Shown: positions 1-9,621 of the stretch, in pieces
How the letters are laid out: each line of letters opens with the position of its first letter
Numbering within the stretch: position 1 is the stretch's first letter
Assembly: GCA_041572575.1 (NCBI GenBank)
Contig: JBFFSH010000002.1
Location: 15,973 to 79,972, forward strand
Direction: 5' to 3'
Length of the DNA stretch: 64,000 nucleotides
Source of the DNA: Thermodesulfobacteriota bacterium
GTDB lineage: Bacteria; Desulfobacterota_D; UBA1144; Nemesobacterales; N074bin48
Position numbers and translations under genes: made by a program
The notes under the pieces: model-generated
Databases searched by the model: none
Told to the model about the DNA's origin: nothing
What the model saw: only the letters and a program-made list of their open reading frames with translations

Positions 1-53
1 AACTGTATACAAGAATTTCAAAAGACTCCAAACTCACCGGATTCTTTATTTTC

Positions 54-743
54 ATGGTTATAGTATCATCCATAGTTGCATCTATCGGCATTCTTAACAG
101 TAATATTGCCGTGATAATAGGAGCAATGGTTATTGCACCACTTCTGGGACCAAACGTTGCCCTTGCCCTGGCCACTACGCTTGGAGACTTGGATTTACTA
201 AAAAACTGTATCAAATCCAATCTGGCCGGAATTTCTGCTGCTTTATTATTCTCATTAATTCTTGGGATTTTACTAAGAAATAAACTTGCAATTGATACGG
301 ATCTAAAAGAGTTTTATCCAGAACTGTATTCAAGAACACAGGTTGGTATGGGAGATATTGCACTTGCTCTTGCATCGGGGAGTGCTGGTGCGCTTTCATT
401 TACCATGGGGCTTCCAAGTGCCCTTATTGGAGTGATGGTTGCTGTAGCGCTTTTGCCGCCGCTCGTAACCTTTGGCATGCTTATTGGCGCTGGCCTTATA
501 GAACCTGCAATTGGAGCTATTCTGTTGCTTTTAGTAAACATTATATGCGTAAATCTTGCAGGTGTTGGAACTTTTTTATTTCAGGGTGTAAGACCACGTA
601 CTTGGTGGGAAGCAAGCAGGGCAAAAAAATCATCAAGGATAGCAATAATTATCTGGACTGTACTCTTATTAATTCTTATGATAATAATAACTCAGCTTAA
701 AAATAATTTTTTTGATAAGATTTTTAAAATAATATTGCCTTAA
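54..743 (+). CDS. DUF389/TIGR00341-like hydrophobic membrane protein; 5' end probably truncated by the window edge (frame open back to nt 3)
   Basis: Gly/Ala-rich TM segments with an IAPLLGP-type motif; no stop upstream in frame to the window start. Confidence 0.5.
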   Translation: MVIVSSIVASIGILNSNIAVIIGAMVIAPLLGPNVALALATTLGDLDLLKNCIKSNLAGISAALLFSLILGILLRNKLAIDTDLKEFYPELYSRTQVGMGDIALALASGSAGALSFTMGLPSALIGVMVAVALLPPLVTFGMLIGAGLIEPAIGAILLLLVNIICVNLAGVGTFLFQGVRPRTWWEASRAKKSSRIAIIIWTVLLLILMIIITQLKNNFFDKIFKIILP

Positions 744-767
744 ATTACTTATTAATTTGGAGGATTT

Positions 768-1217
768 ATGCAAGTAAAAGAAATAATGGTCTCACCCGTA
801 GTATCTGTAAAACCTGATGACACCTTGGAAGATGTTGCCAGAATAATGATAAAAAATAGAATAGGCTGTGTGCCCGTTGTAGGTAAAGATTCTGAGCTTC
901 TAGGAATAATAACAGAGAATGAATTTAGTGTGAATGAGAAAAGATTTCCTTTTTCACGTGAATATGCTCCTAAATTGTTTGGCATGTGGGTAACAAAGGA
1001 CAATATTGACAAAATGTATGATGCTGCAAAAACAATTTATGCCAAAGATTTAATGTATCAAAATCCAGTAACTGTAGATATGGAAGATTCCGTATTTGAT
1101 CTTCTCAAAAAAATGATAGACCAGTCTGTTGACCGCGTTCCTGTATTAAATAATAACAGAGTAATAGGGATAGTTGCCCGTCACGACCTTCTAAAACTAA
1201 TAATAGATAATAATTAG
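768..1217 (+). CDS. CBS-pair domain protein
   Basis: Two CBS-like repeats (GCVPVV...LLGIITE; RVPVL...VIGIVARHDLL); RBS-like GGAGG upstream. Confidence 0.7.
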   Translation: MQVKEIMVSPVVSVKPDDTLEDVARIMIKNRIGCVPVVGKDSELLGIITENEFSVNEKRFPFSREYAPKLFGMWVTKDNIDKMYDAAKTIYAKDLMYQNPVTVDMEDSVFDLLKKMIDQSVDRVPVLNNNRVIGIVARHDLLKLIIDNN

Positions 1218-1317
1218 ACTTTAGACTAGTTTTTCTGTCTTTAGACCGTATTCGGTTGAATTATTTCACTAAGGGCAATAGAATTATATTAAACTCTAAA
1301 ATTATTCTTTATTTACT

Positions 1318-1632
1318 ATGGAAAACAAAAGAAATAGTAGAAGAATAAAGTTTAAAGAAAGAATCAAATATGGTGCATCGGATATACCTAATACTGATGG
1401 TACTACCGTAAATATTTCCCCAAAAGGAATTGCAATAAAATCCTATAAGGCACTCACTCCGGGTTCTAAAATATCTGTTGTTTTATATTCAGGCAATAAC
1501 CCAATAAGACTTGAAGGTGAAGTTGTTTGGAATTCCCCTCCAAAAGAAGGCGCTCAGGCAGAAATGGGTGTAAAAGTTCTGAGTAAAACCAAAGAACTTG
1601 AGCAGGTATATAAACAAGCCAGCAGGTTTTAG
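1318..1632 (+). CDS. PilZ-domain (c-di-GMP-binding) protein
   Basis: RxxxR (RRIKFKER) and N/DxSxxG (NISPKG) PilZ motifs; single-domain, 104 aa. Confidence 0.6.
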   Translation: MENKRNSRRIKFKERIKYGASDIPNTDGTTVNISPKGIAIKSYKALTPGSKISVVLYSGNNPIRLEGEVVWNSPPKEGAQAEMGVKVLSKTKELEQVYKQASRF

Positions 1633-1747
1633 TCACCTAATTACTTTTCTATAATTTTTTACTAAAGGCATAATTCAATTTATACTGATTAGGTATAATA
1701 AAACTATATACTTACTTTAGGTTTGTGATTTATAGGAGAAAAGCATC

Positions 1748-1990
1748 ATGGGTAATATTGGCGGCTGGGAATTAATAATAATTCTTGTGATTTTACTACT
1801 TATATTCGGGCCAAGCAGGCTTGGAGATTTGGGTACTGCACTTGGAAAGGGGATCAAAGGTTTTAAAAGATCGATGAAAGAACCCGATGAAATAGATGTT
1901 ACTCCTAATAAAGATGATAGCGATAAAATAGAAGATACAGACCTGGAAAAAGCCCCAAAAAAAAATGAAAAGGAATCAGAGGTTAAATAA
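1748..1990 (+). CDS. tatA: Sec-independent translocase subunit TatA/E
   Basis: N-terminal TM plus amphipathic helix: ELIIILVILLLIFGPSRLGDLGTALGKGIKGFKRSM. Confidence 0.85.
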   Translation: MGNIGGWELIIILVILLLIFGPSRLGDLGTALGKGIKGFKRSMKEPDEIDVTPNKDDSDKIEDTDLEKAPKKNEKESEVK

Positions 1991-2003
1991 TAGGATTATT
2001 TAT

Positions 2004-2435
2004 CTAACTATTTTCTTTTGAAAATTCAGCAAGCTCGATTAACACCCCGTTCATAGACTTTGGATGAACAAAAGCTACTTTGGCTCCATAAGCGCCTATT
2101 CTGGGACTTTCATCAATTAGCTCAAGATCCAGGTCTTTTAAGTGCTGCAAACTTTGCTCAATATCATCAACCTCAAAACATATATGGTGAATCCCTTCTC
2201 CCCTTTTATCTAGGAATTTTGAGATTGGAGAATTATCATCCAAAGGCTCCAGCAGTTCAATCGAAGTTTGTCCCTCTACAGATTTTAGCATAGAAGTACT
2301 TACTCCCTGATCTTTTATTACTTCGCGGTGTTTAACTTCAAGCCCAAGGGCTTTTACATATAAGTTTTCTGCTTCTGATAAATTTGTGACTGCAAGCGCT
2401 ATATGATTTATGTTCTTGGCTTTTTCCTGAGGCAT
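2004..2435 (-). CDS. methylmalonyl-CoA epimerase (VOC/glyoxalase family)
   Basis: HIALAV...GEGIHHICFEVDDIE...VAFVHPK pattern typical of MCE. Confidence 0.7.
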   Translation of the reverse strand: MPQEKAKNINHIALAVTNLSEAENLYVKALGLEVKHREVIKDQGVSTSMLKSVEGQTSIELLEPLDDNSPISKFLDKRGEGIHHICFEVDDIEQSLQHLKDLDLELIDESPRIGAYGAKVAFVHPKSMNGVLIELAEFSKENS

Positions 2436-2506
2436 TAAGGTCTCCGTTTATCTCAAATTAAAAATAGAATGATACCCTCAACATCCTAAAAGAGAATATA
2501 AATTAA

Positions 2507-3652
2507 TCAGTAACCAGTTAATTCTACATACCCCAGCCCACTGATGTTATCCCCTTTTACTTTCACTGCCCCCTCCCAATAGGTAAAGGAGTGGTTGAAC
2601 TCCTGGTTGTTTAAAACGGGCTGCACATCTAACTCTATATTGTATTTAGGAATCATGACAGTCCATTTTGAAGGATACTTGATGTTTGTCCCGGGACTTT
2701 TCCAATGCTCTTTTGTCTCTACAATAAAATCAGTGCTCTTTAGATGTACTGTATCACCCGATTTATCCACGTAGGTTCCAGAAGATACAGGATCAACCGT
2801 CCCGTCTTTTAACCGCAGCATATAAATCATAATTTCTGTATTATTACTTAGCTGAAGGGAAAACCAATCCCAGCCCGATTGTAAATCTCCCAGAGCGCTA
2901 GTGCTCCATTCATGATCAAACCAGCTGAGGCCATCCACTTTATGTTTCTTATCATCTATTGTAATTGTGCCGGTGGTTTTAAGTCTTGTATGTGAATAGT
3001 AATATGATGCATTGCCCAGTTCATCACTTTTTTGACTCAGTCCCTTATTTCCATTTAGGACTATTTTTTTAGACTCTTTTAGTACAAGTGAAACTGATAT
3101 GTTCTCACTATTTGAACTGAGAATATAGTTGTTATTATCATCCGAATTAACCATCCAGTCATCAATCCACACATGCAGATCTTTATTATCAGAACCTGCA
3201 AGCCTGGGTGTAGCCCTGCTCCACTTTTCAAAGGAATGATAGTTTTTATTACTTATATCTGTAACTGCAAAATGAGCAAAATATATTGAGCTTGCTCTCC
3301 ATGATGACCCATCTACAGGCTGATCAGGTGTGAGTGCCCGCCTGAAAAATGTTAACTGATACCCAAAATTGTTATTTTCTTCGTCTTTTAAATTACCCGT
3401 AAAATACCACCACTCCGTTTGATAATCAGGATGAGTCCCGTGATCTTTTGGAAAGGAAAACTGTATTGGCCGTACTGCTCTTTTGAATCCTTTGTTTTTT
3501 TCCTTACCAGATAACACAGCCGATATATCAATTGTAGGGTTATCAGATTCATCAAATAAATTTACATTTTGATTGAATAAGGCAAGGGTAATTAGCAATA
3601 CGAAAAAACCAACTACCGAATAAGCTATTCTGGATTTCATATGTTTAATCAC
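2507..3652 (-). CDS. AttH-like lipocalin / CrtC-hydratase-like domain secreted protein
   Basis: Signal/TM N-terminus; 4-nt overlap with the upstream FtsX-family permease; AttH/CrtC-like composition. Family assignment is from memory. Confidence 0.45.
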   Translation of the reverse strand: MIKHMKSRIAYSVVGFFVLLITLALFNQNVNLFDESDNPTIDISAVLSGKEKNKGFKRAVRPIQFSFPKDHGTHPDYQTEWWYFTGNLKDEENNNFGYQLTFFRRALTPDQPVDGSSWRASSIYFAHFAVTDISNKNYHSFEKWSRATPRLAGSDNKDLHVWIDDWMVNSDDNNNYILSSNSENISVSLVLKESKKIVLNGNKGLSQKSDELGNASYYYSHTRLKTTGTITIDDKKHKVDGLSWFDHEWSTSALGDLQSGWDWFSLQLSNNTEIMIYMLRLKDGTVDPVSSGTYVDKSGDTVHLKSTDFIVETKEHWKSPGTNIKYPSKWTVMIPKYNIELDVQPVLNNQEFNHSFTYWEGAVKVKGDNISGLGYVELTGY

Positions 3653-6210
3653 TCTTCTCTTATAGCCTCTGAAATATTTATTTTTGAGAAAATTATGGAG
3701 GGATAAATACCCGCAAGCATTGCCGCTATAAATGATATTAAGACTGCCTCGGCTAAATAACCAGGCTTAATTAGAAAATCTATAGTCCATCCAAATGACC
3801 TAAAATTTATTACGTTTACAAGCAGGTAAGCCATAGTTAATCCAAGCGGGATTGATATTACCCCTGATATGAGGCCAATAATTGCTGTTTCAGAAAATAT
3901 TATCTTTCTAATCTCTAAGACCTTTACACCCAAAGCTCTAAGCACCCCAATCTCTTTTTTCCTCGACAGTTCGAGTGCAAGGAGTGCTCCGAGTATGCCA
4001 AAAAATGCCACTGCAAAAGCAATCACCCTCATAGCGTTTGTAATTACAAAAGTCTGATTAAATATTTTATGCGCTGAGTTCTTAAGGTCTTTATTAGTAC
4101 TTAACCTAAATTCTTGCTCATCTGAGATATTTGCTCTTATATTCCCAAGTACACTGTTTAATTCAAATCCCTTAGATATATTAAGGGAAATAGAGGTTAG
4201 CTTATCATCATCCCAAAGTTTGCGAAACGATTCATAACCTATTATTAATGTGCCTGTTTGCGTTGCAAAGTCTGAAAATACGCCTGCTATCAGAAATTTT
4301 TCATAACCCTTCATTGTAGGTAAAAAGAGATATCCATCTTTAAGTTGCCAAGAATTTCTGTTACTAAAACTCTCTGATATTAATACAGCTTTATCGTAAG
4401 TATTATTTAATTCTTTGAAATCATTTATCAGACCTGAGATAATTTGAGGTTTTATGGGTGGATTTTCACTAAGAGCAATCAGATTTAACCTGCCGTAGTC
4501 TTCAGTAAGAAGATCGATTTTTCTTGAATATCCAATCTTGTGAGTACCTTCCAATGATGTAATTTTATTTATGAGATTAAAATTCAAACCGTTATTTTCT
4601 TCAGGCCTGTAGACAGCCGATATAAATACATCTGATGGAAAGGTGTCTTCCAGCCATGCCGTTAGAGTAGATCTGAAACTTTCAATTAGAACTGTCATGC
4701 TTAAAAAAACAGCTACCGCCACAGTAAGCGACGCCGTGGCAACAAAGTTCTTATCAATTGAGCCCAGGTAGTTTCTGCATGGGATAAGATATATTTTCCC
4801 AAATAATGATTTTGCATATCTGTTTAAAATCTTTGCTAGCACTAGCATTAATGCTGGTAGCAGAAGAGTATATCCTATGATAATTATAAATAGCCCTGCA
4901 AATGTAAGTGTAATGTTTGATGATAAAAATGCCGATATATAGAGTCCTGAACAGATAAGAAAAATACCGGCAGTAAACAAATAAGGGATGAGACGTATAA
5001 AGTTCTTGTTGAAATATGACTCACTCATAAGACTGACCGGTTTAATAAATCTGGATTCCAAAGAAGGTATGATTGCAGCCGACAATACAGCAGTTATCCC
5101 TAAAATAATAGCCTTAATTATGGTTATAGGAGATAAACTCAATCCAGACTGGCCAAACACCGAATAAATACTGGATAGTGTATTTGATACAAGAAGAACA
5201 GAAAGTTTTCCAAGAAATATTCCAACTATAATTCCTAGCACTGAGGACAAAATACCAATTATAAATGCTTCGGTGAGAATAGTATAGAATATCTCATTTG
5301 ATGTTACCCCGATCGATCTTAGTACCGAAAATACCGGCCTTCTTATTACAAGTGAGTAATTAAAAGAATTATAAATCAAAAAAAACGCAATAAGCAGAGT
5401 AATTAAACTAAGGGCTGTTAGATTGAGCTCAAATGACTTGGTAAGTCTGCTGCTTTGCTCTACCAAGGAGTCTGCTTTAATAAGAGAGACCTGTGGATAG
5501 TTTATTGTGAGAAAATGTTTTATCTGGCCGATTTGTTCTTGCGGATAACTTGTTAGATCCAAATCAATCCTTGATAAACTTCCATTAAAATCTAATAGGT
5601 TCTGGGCTGTTGCAATATCAGCTAATATTGTGTTTGTGGTAAATAAAATCTTTTCATCGCTGTTTGTATCTATACTCCCTATTATTTTTATTTCTTTATT
5701 TAACTCAGTACCAATTAAAAAACTCTCTCCTATTTGAGCATCCAGCCGGGACATTAGATTATTTGAAATAATTACTCCATTTTGCTCTGTCAAAAATTGC
5801 TCAAAGGATTTTGAATTTAGACTGATACTCTGATTTTGAAAAAATTTTAGTTGAGAATTTTCTGAAAATGGATCAATGCCTATGATCTTGAATTGCTCAT
5901 TTGCAAACTGATCTATAAAGACTGTACGCTCTATAATCGGGACAATATTCTTAAACCCTAATTCTTTCCTTAAATCAAAATAGATTTCTTCTTTAAGTCT
6001 TGAATTTGTACTGTATATAGAATGAGTGATATCACTGCTAATACTTTTTAGAGACTTATCAAAGGATTTTCTGGCGCTTATGTTTGCGATGTCTATTGCT
6101 ACAATCACAGCTACTCCCAGAGAAATACCCAGTATAAGGAGTACCGACTGTATTTTGTGTTTTAGATAGTGGTTTAATGAAATTTTCAGTAATTTAGATT
6201 TTGTAAACAT
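3649..6210 (-). CDS. ABC transporter permease, FtsX/MacB family (two FtsX domains, 853 aa)
   Basis: N-terminal TM then a large periplasmic domain then TM bundle, repeated twice; paired with a LolD/MacB-type ATPase. Confidence 0.75.
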   Translation of the reverse strand: MFTKSKLLKISLNHYLKHKIQSVLLILGISLGVAVIVAIDIANISARKSFDKSLKSISSDITHSIYSTNSRLKEEIYFDLRKELGFKNIVPIIERTVFIDQFANEQFKIIGIDPFSENSQLKFFQNQSISLNSKSFEQFLTEQNGVIISNNLMSRLDAQIGESFLIGTELNKEIKIIGSIDTNSDEKILFTTNTILADIATAQNLLDFNGSLSRIDLDLTSYPQEQIGQIKHFLTINYPQVSLIKADSLVEQSSRLTKSFELNLTALSLITLLIAFFLIYNSFNYSLVIRRPVFSVLRSIGVTSNEIFYTILTEAFIIGILSSVLGIIVGIFLGKLSVLLVSNTLSSIYSVFGQSGLSLSPITIIKAIILGITAVLSAAIIPSLESRFIKPVSLMSESYFNKNFIRLIPYLFTAGIFLICSGLYISAFLSSNITLTFAGLFIIIIGYTLLLPALMLVLAKILNRYAKSLFGKIYLIPCRNYLGSIDKNFVATASLTVAVAVFLSMTVLIESFRSTLTAWLEDTFPSDVFISAVYRPEENNGLNFNLINKITSLEGTHKIGYSRKIDLLTEDYGRLNLIALSENPPIKPQIISGLINDFKELNNTYDKAVLISESFSNRNSWQLKDGYLFLPTMKGYEKFLIAGVFSDFATQTGTLIIGYESFRKLWDDDKLTSISLNISKGFELNSVLGNIRANISDEQEFRLSTNKDLKNSAHKIFNQTFVITNAMRVIAFAVAFFGILGALLALELSRKKEIGVLRALGVKVLEIRKIIFSETAIIGLISGVISIPLGLTMAYLLVNVINFRSFGWTIDFLIKPGYLAEAVLISFIAAMLAGIYPSIIFSKINISEAIREE

Positions 6211-6253
6211 ACAAAATTAATATGGACTGTTATTACAGTAATCTTAAATAGAA

Positions 6254-6943
6254 CTATTTAATTTTTTTCAAATAATGGTTTTCAATCATATATGCTCTGT
6301 CACTCCTGTTTATCAGGTCTACACTATGTGTAGCCATAATAAGTGTTTTATTTTTATCCCTTACTAATCCAAAAAGAACCTCAATTATCTGATCTCTTGT
6401 ATTATTATCAAGGTTGCCGGTAGGTTCGTCTGCTAAAATAATTTGTGGATCATGCACAATGGCTCTAGCAATAGCTGCTCTTTGCTTTTGACCACCTGAT
6501 AGAGTATCTGGAAAAACATCAGATTTTTCTATTAGTCCTACCTTTTCAAGCAAATCTTTAGCAATATCGTATCCATTTATGTTATCTAAGCTATTAAGTT
6601 CCAAAGGGAGCAAAACATTTTCAATCACAGTTAGTGATGGAATTAAATGAAAGGACTGAAACACTATCCCGATATTCTTTCTGCGAAAAAGTGTCCTATC
6701 CTGTTCATTCAGATCATCGAGAGCAATACCATTTATTATGACACTTCCATTTGAGGGGATATCAATACCGGATAGAAGGTTTAACAAAGTACTCTTTCCA
6801 CTTCCGCTGCGGCCAAGGATTAGAGAGATTTTTGAGTCCTGAAATCCCGCATTCACATTTTCAACAATCCTTATTTCATTATCGCCGTCAAAGTACGACT
6901 TGGAAATTCGGTCTAATTTGATACAGCTATCATGATTATTCAT
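6254..6943 (-). CDS. ABC transporter ATP-binding protein (LolD/MacB-like)
   Basis: Walker A GRSGSGKST, signature LSGGQKQR, Walker B ILADEPTGNLD. Confidence 0.9.
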   Translation of the reverse strand: MNNHDSCIKLDRISKSYFDGDNEIRIVENVNAGFQDSKISLILGRSGSGKSTLLNLLSGIDIPSNGSVIINGIALDDLNEQDRTLFRRKNIGIVFQSFHLIPSLTVIENVLLPLELNSLDNINGYDIAKDLLEKVGLIEKSDVFPDTLSGGQKQRAAIARAIVHDPQIILADEPTGNLDNNTRDQIIEVLFGLVRDKNKTLIMATHSVDLINRSDRAYMIENHYLKKIK

Positions 6944-7044
6944 TGAATACTAAGGATACCCTATCACAAACAGGTTATATCGAGAGTGTATAAATAGCAG
7001 GTAATAATATCAAGAACTACTAGAAATAATTATTGCAGAGGTTT

Positions 7045-7983
7045 TTAAAATTCTTCTGTATCAGCGTCTTCAGTATCTTCCGTTTCTTCTTCTATGAAAT
7101 CTTCTTGCAGGTCTTCATCTGGCTCTTCTTCAGCATCCACTTCATCTTCGTTTAGCTGGCCTTCATCTTCGCGAGCCTGCTCTAGCTCACCCTCTTGTCC
7201 ATCTTCACCACTTGGTATTGTAAGGGTAATTGTCTGTGTATAGCTACCACCGTCGGTATCAGTTGCTAAAATCTCTATATTAAATTCACTGCCGGGTTTT
7301 ACTTCAGTATAATCCCACTCTATTAGACCCGTAGCAGGCTCTATTTTCATTCCCTTGGGAGCTTTTTTAAGGCTAATTTCAACCTCATCGCCATCTGGAT
7401 CTTCTGTCTCAACCTGGTATTCAAAAAACTTTTTCTCTCCGATTATCTCTGCCGGAGGTTCCGAAGTAATGACAGGGGGTTGATTGGGTATTACAAATTC
7501 AGCCTCGGTTACAAATGAAACTTCAAGATCAGTATTAGCGGGGATAACATTTACTGTAATTATATCGCCTTTTTTATATTCATCCAGCCATGGGATAGAA
7601 TTCTCCAGTTCACCCTCAATCTCTTCGTTATTATGAAGCCACCTATATGTAATCTCAAAATTACTAACATCACCCTTTTTTAGAACTACAGCAACCTCTA
7701 ACGTTTTAATACCATCTTCGCTGGTTATAGTTTCAATGGTAATTGATTTTGTTTCGGGAAATGATAAATCAACTTCAGTAACATTCTGAGCTAACAGCTG
7801 CTCATCAATTTCTATATCATCGTCAACTAAAGCACCATCACCGGTAGTACTGCTTTTACTAGCACTACTTATATTATCCTTCTTTTTAGGAAGTACATCC
7901 TTTTCAAGATCTTCACCATAGCTACAGGATGTAGTAAATAACAAGCAGCTGCAAAATAAAGCAGCTAAAGAAAAAGTCTTCAT
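7045..7983 (-). CDS. lipoprotein with Ig-like (He_PIG-type) domains and a strongly acidic C-terminal tail
   Basis: Lipobox LLFTTSC; PPVITSEP...KAPKGMKIEPATGLIEW putative Ig motif; last ~50 aa are almost all D/E. Confidence 0.5.
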   Translation of the reverse strand: MKTFSLAALFCSCLLFTTSCSYGEDLEKDVLPKKKDNISSASKSSTTGDGALVDDDIEIDEQLLAQNVTEVDLSFPETKSITIETITSEDGIKTLEVAVVLKKGDVSNFEITYRWLHNNEEIEGELENSIPWLDEYKKGDIITVNVIPANTDLEVSFVTEAEFVIPNQPPVITSEPPAEIIGEKKFFEYQVETEDPDGDEVEISLKKAPKGMKIEPATGLIEWDYTEVKPGSEFNIEILATDTDGGSYTQTITLTIPSGEDGQEGELEQAREDEGQLNEDEVDAEEEPDEDLQEDFIEEETEDTEDADTEEF

Positions 7984-7986
7984 AAG

Positions 7987-8175
7987 TTACCTCTTCTTAT
8001 TTTTTTTCTGTTTTGACTTACTTGCATAGAGTTTTTTCTTCTTTTTCTCGCTTGGTTTTTCAAAGTAGGCTCTTTTCTTAAGTTCAAATAGAATTCCTTC
8101 TTTATTTATCATGCTTGAAAATCTTCTAAGCGCACTGTCAATTGTTTCACCGCTTTTTACAAAAACTACTGCCAT
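7987..8175 (-). CDS. rpsU: 30S ribosomal protein S21
   Basis: 62 aa: MAVVFVKSGETIDSALRRF...EKPSEKKKKK, basic tail. Confidence 0.85.
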   Translation of the reverse strand: MAVVFVKSGETIDSALRRFSSMINKEGILFELKKRAYFEKPSEKKKKKLYASKSKQKKNKKR

Positions 8176-8233
8176 ATACTCAACTCCTTATCTTGGTTTA
8201 AGCTATTTATAATAACATGGTTATAAGAAATTT

Positions 8234-9058
8234 TTAGTATGTGAATAAAAATATTAATGATGTAACGATAAAGCCTGCAAATAAAAGCTTAAAACAATTA
8301 TATGCTATTCTATGCACGGGCTTAATAAACACTATAACTGTAAGAAAAACACAGAATACAAAATAATAGTTTATAAAATTTCTTCCAATTTCCGCAAAAT
8401 AATAAGCAGACAAGAATGCACTAAATATGAATAGCAGTGTAAACCTCTTTCCAACAAATACACAAAAAGTGTTATGCCCTACTTTTTTATCCACTTCATA
8501 ATCAACCACTGTACCAAATGCATGAATCGCAGCAACACAAAGCGCAACAAAATATATTTTAAGAGGTATGTTAAAAACCGTATCGCCAAAGCTGTAACCA
8601 AGGGCAAATACCAATAGGAATATCAACCCGTTTGATATAGAGTCTATAACCGGAATTTCTTTTAATCTATATTGTCCGGATGAATATTTATAAGATGTAA
8701 GCAAAAGAACAGAAGTAATAATAATATTTTCAATATTTAATGTTAGAGCTGAAGCCAATATCATCAGCACTGCTGTAACACCGGATATAACTACAATTAA
8801 TCTCTTTTCCTCTCCTCCAATAGGAATATTGCTTTTTCTTGGATTTAGCAGATCAGATTGATGATCGTATATATCATTTATACCAAAAAGTAAAATGGCA
8901 TATGGGAATGAAAGTAATACCAACTCCAAAGAAGATATACTTGCCAAACCTGCTTTGGAATAATAAAGACCAGTAAGAAAAACAAGAGGAGCTATACTCC
9001 AGCCTACATATCTTGTTATTCTAAAAATAAATATGTAAATATCTCTCGTTTTAATCAA
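8234..9058 (-). CDS. UbiA-superfamily prenyltransferase
   Basis: Polytopic membrane protein; Asp-rich motifs NDIYDHQSD and DYEVD. Confidence 0.65.
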   Translation of the reverse strand: MIKTRDIYIFIFRITRYVGWSIAPLVFLTGLYYSKAGLASISSLELVLLSFPYAILLFGINDIYDHQSDLLNPRKSNIPIGGEEKRLIVVISGVTAVLMILASALTLNIENIIITSVLLLTSYKYSSGQYRLKEIPVIDSISNGLIFLLVFALGYSFGDTVFNIPLKIYFVALCVAAIHAFGTVVDYEVDKKVGHNTFCVFVGKRFTLLFIFSAFLSAYYFAEIGRNFINYYFVFCVFLTVIVFIKPVHRIAYNCFKLLFAGFIVTSLIFLFTY

Positions 9059-9073
9059 ACTATGCCGAGAATT

Positions 9074-9607
9074 TTACTCGTCTTCTACCTGTGAGCAGCT
9101 GGTGCCATCCCAGTGACCCTGAATAGTCGCAATTCTGCCAAGTGCGCTCACAAATACCTGCCCGCACCTATCCGTACCAGTGCCTGCATTTGCTATTACA
9201 AGTACATTATCTGAAGGGCTGGCAATTCCATTGGGCTTAAACTCAAAAAATGCCGGAAGGTTTGATATTATAACAGAAGTATCTATTTTAACACTCAATA
9301 CACCATTATCGGCTGTCTGCCATACCGTAGAATCAATATTGCTGTCACCTCTGTGAGTTATTATCTCAAGTTCATTCCCATTATTAACAAATACAGTTCT
9401 AAATTCTACTCCGTTTTTTGCAGCCTGCAGTTTTGTGAGCTGAAGCGAATTAGACACACGAGTTGTTACCGAATCTACATTCCTTCTATACGCAGCCTTA
9501 ATCGAGAATGCCCCTGCTAGAGCTAAAATGATGACGACAATACCAACCACCACGATAACTTCCATAAGGGTAAAGCCCTTTTCTTTATTTCGTCTGGTCA
9601 TTTCCAT
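9074..9607 (-). CDS. type IV pilus minor pilin, FimT/FimU (GspH-like) family
   Basis: Prepilin N-terminus KGFTLMEVIVVVGIV (G/F cleavage site, E+5); last gene of the minor-pilin operon. Confidence 0.65.
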   Translation of the reverse strand: MEMTRRNKEKGFTLMEVIVVVGIVVIILALAGAFSIKAAYRRNVDSVTTRVSNSLQLTKLQAAKNGVEFRTVFVNNGNELEIITHRGDSNIDSTVWQTADNGVLSVKIDTSVIISNLPAFFEFKPNGIASPSDNVLVIANAGTGTDRCGQVFVSALGRIATIQGHWDGTSCSQVEDE

Positions 9608-9621
9608 GATCTAAATATACA

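Noticed and set aside
3869-4057. Small plus-strand ORF inside the FtsX permease gene
   Set aside because: Antisense to a well-supported membrane protein gene; hydrophobic mirror-strand artefact.
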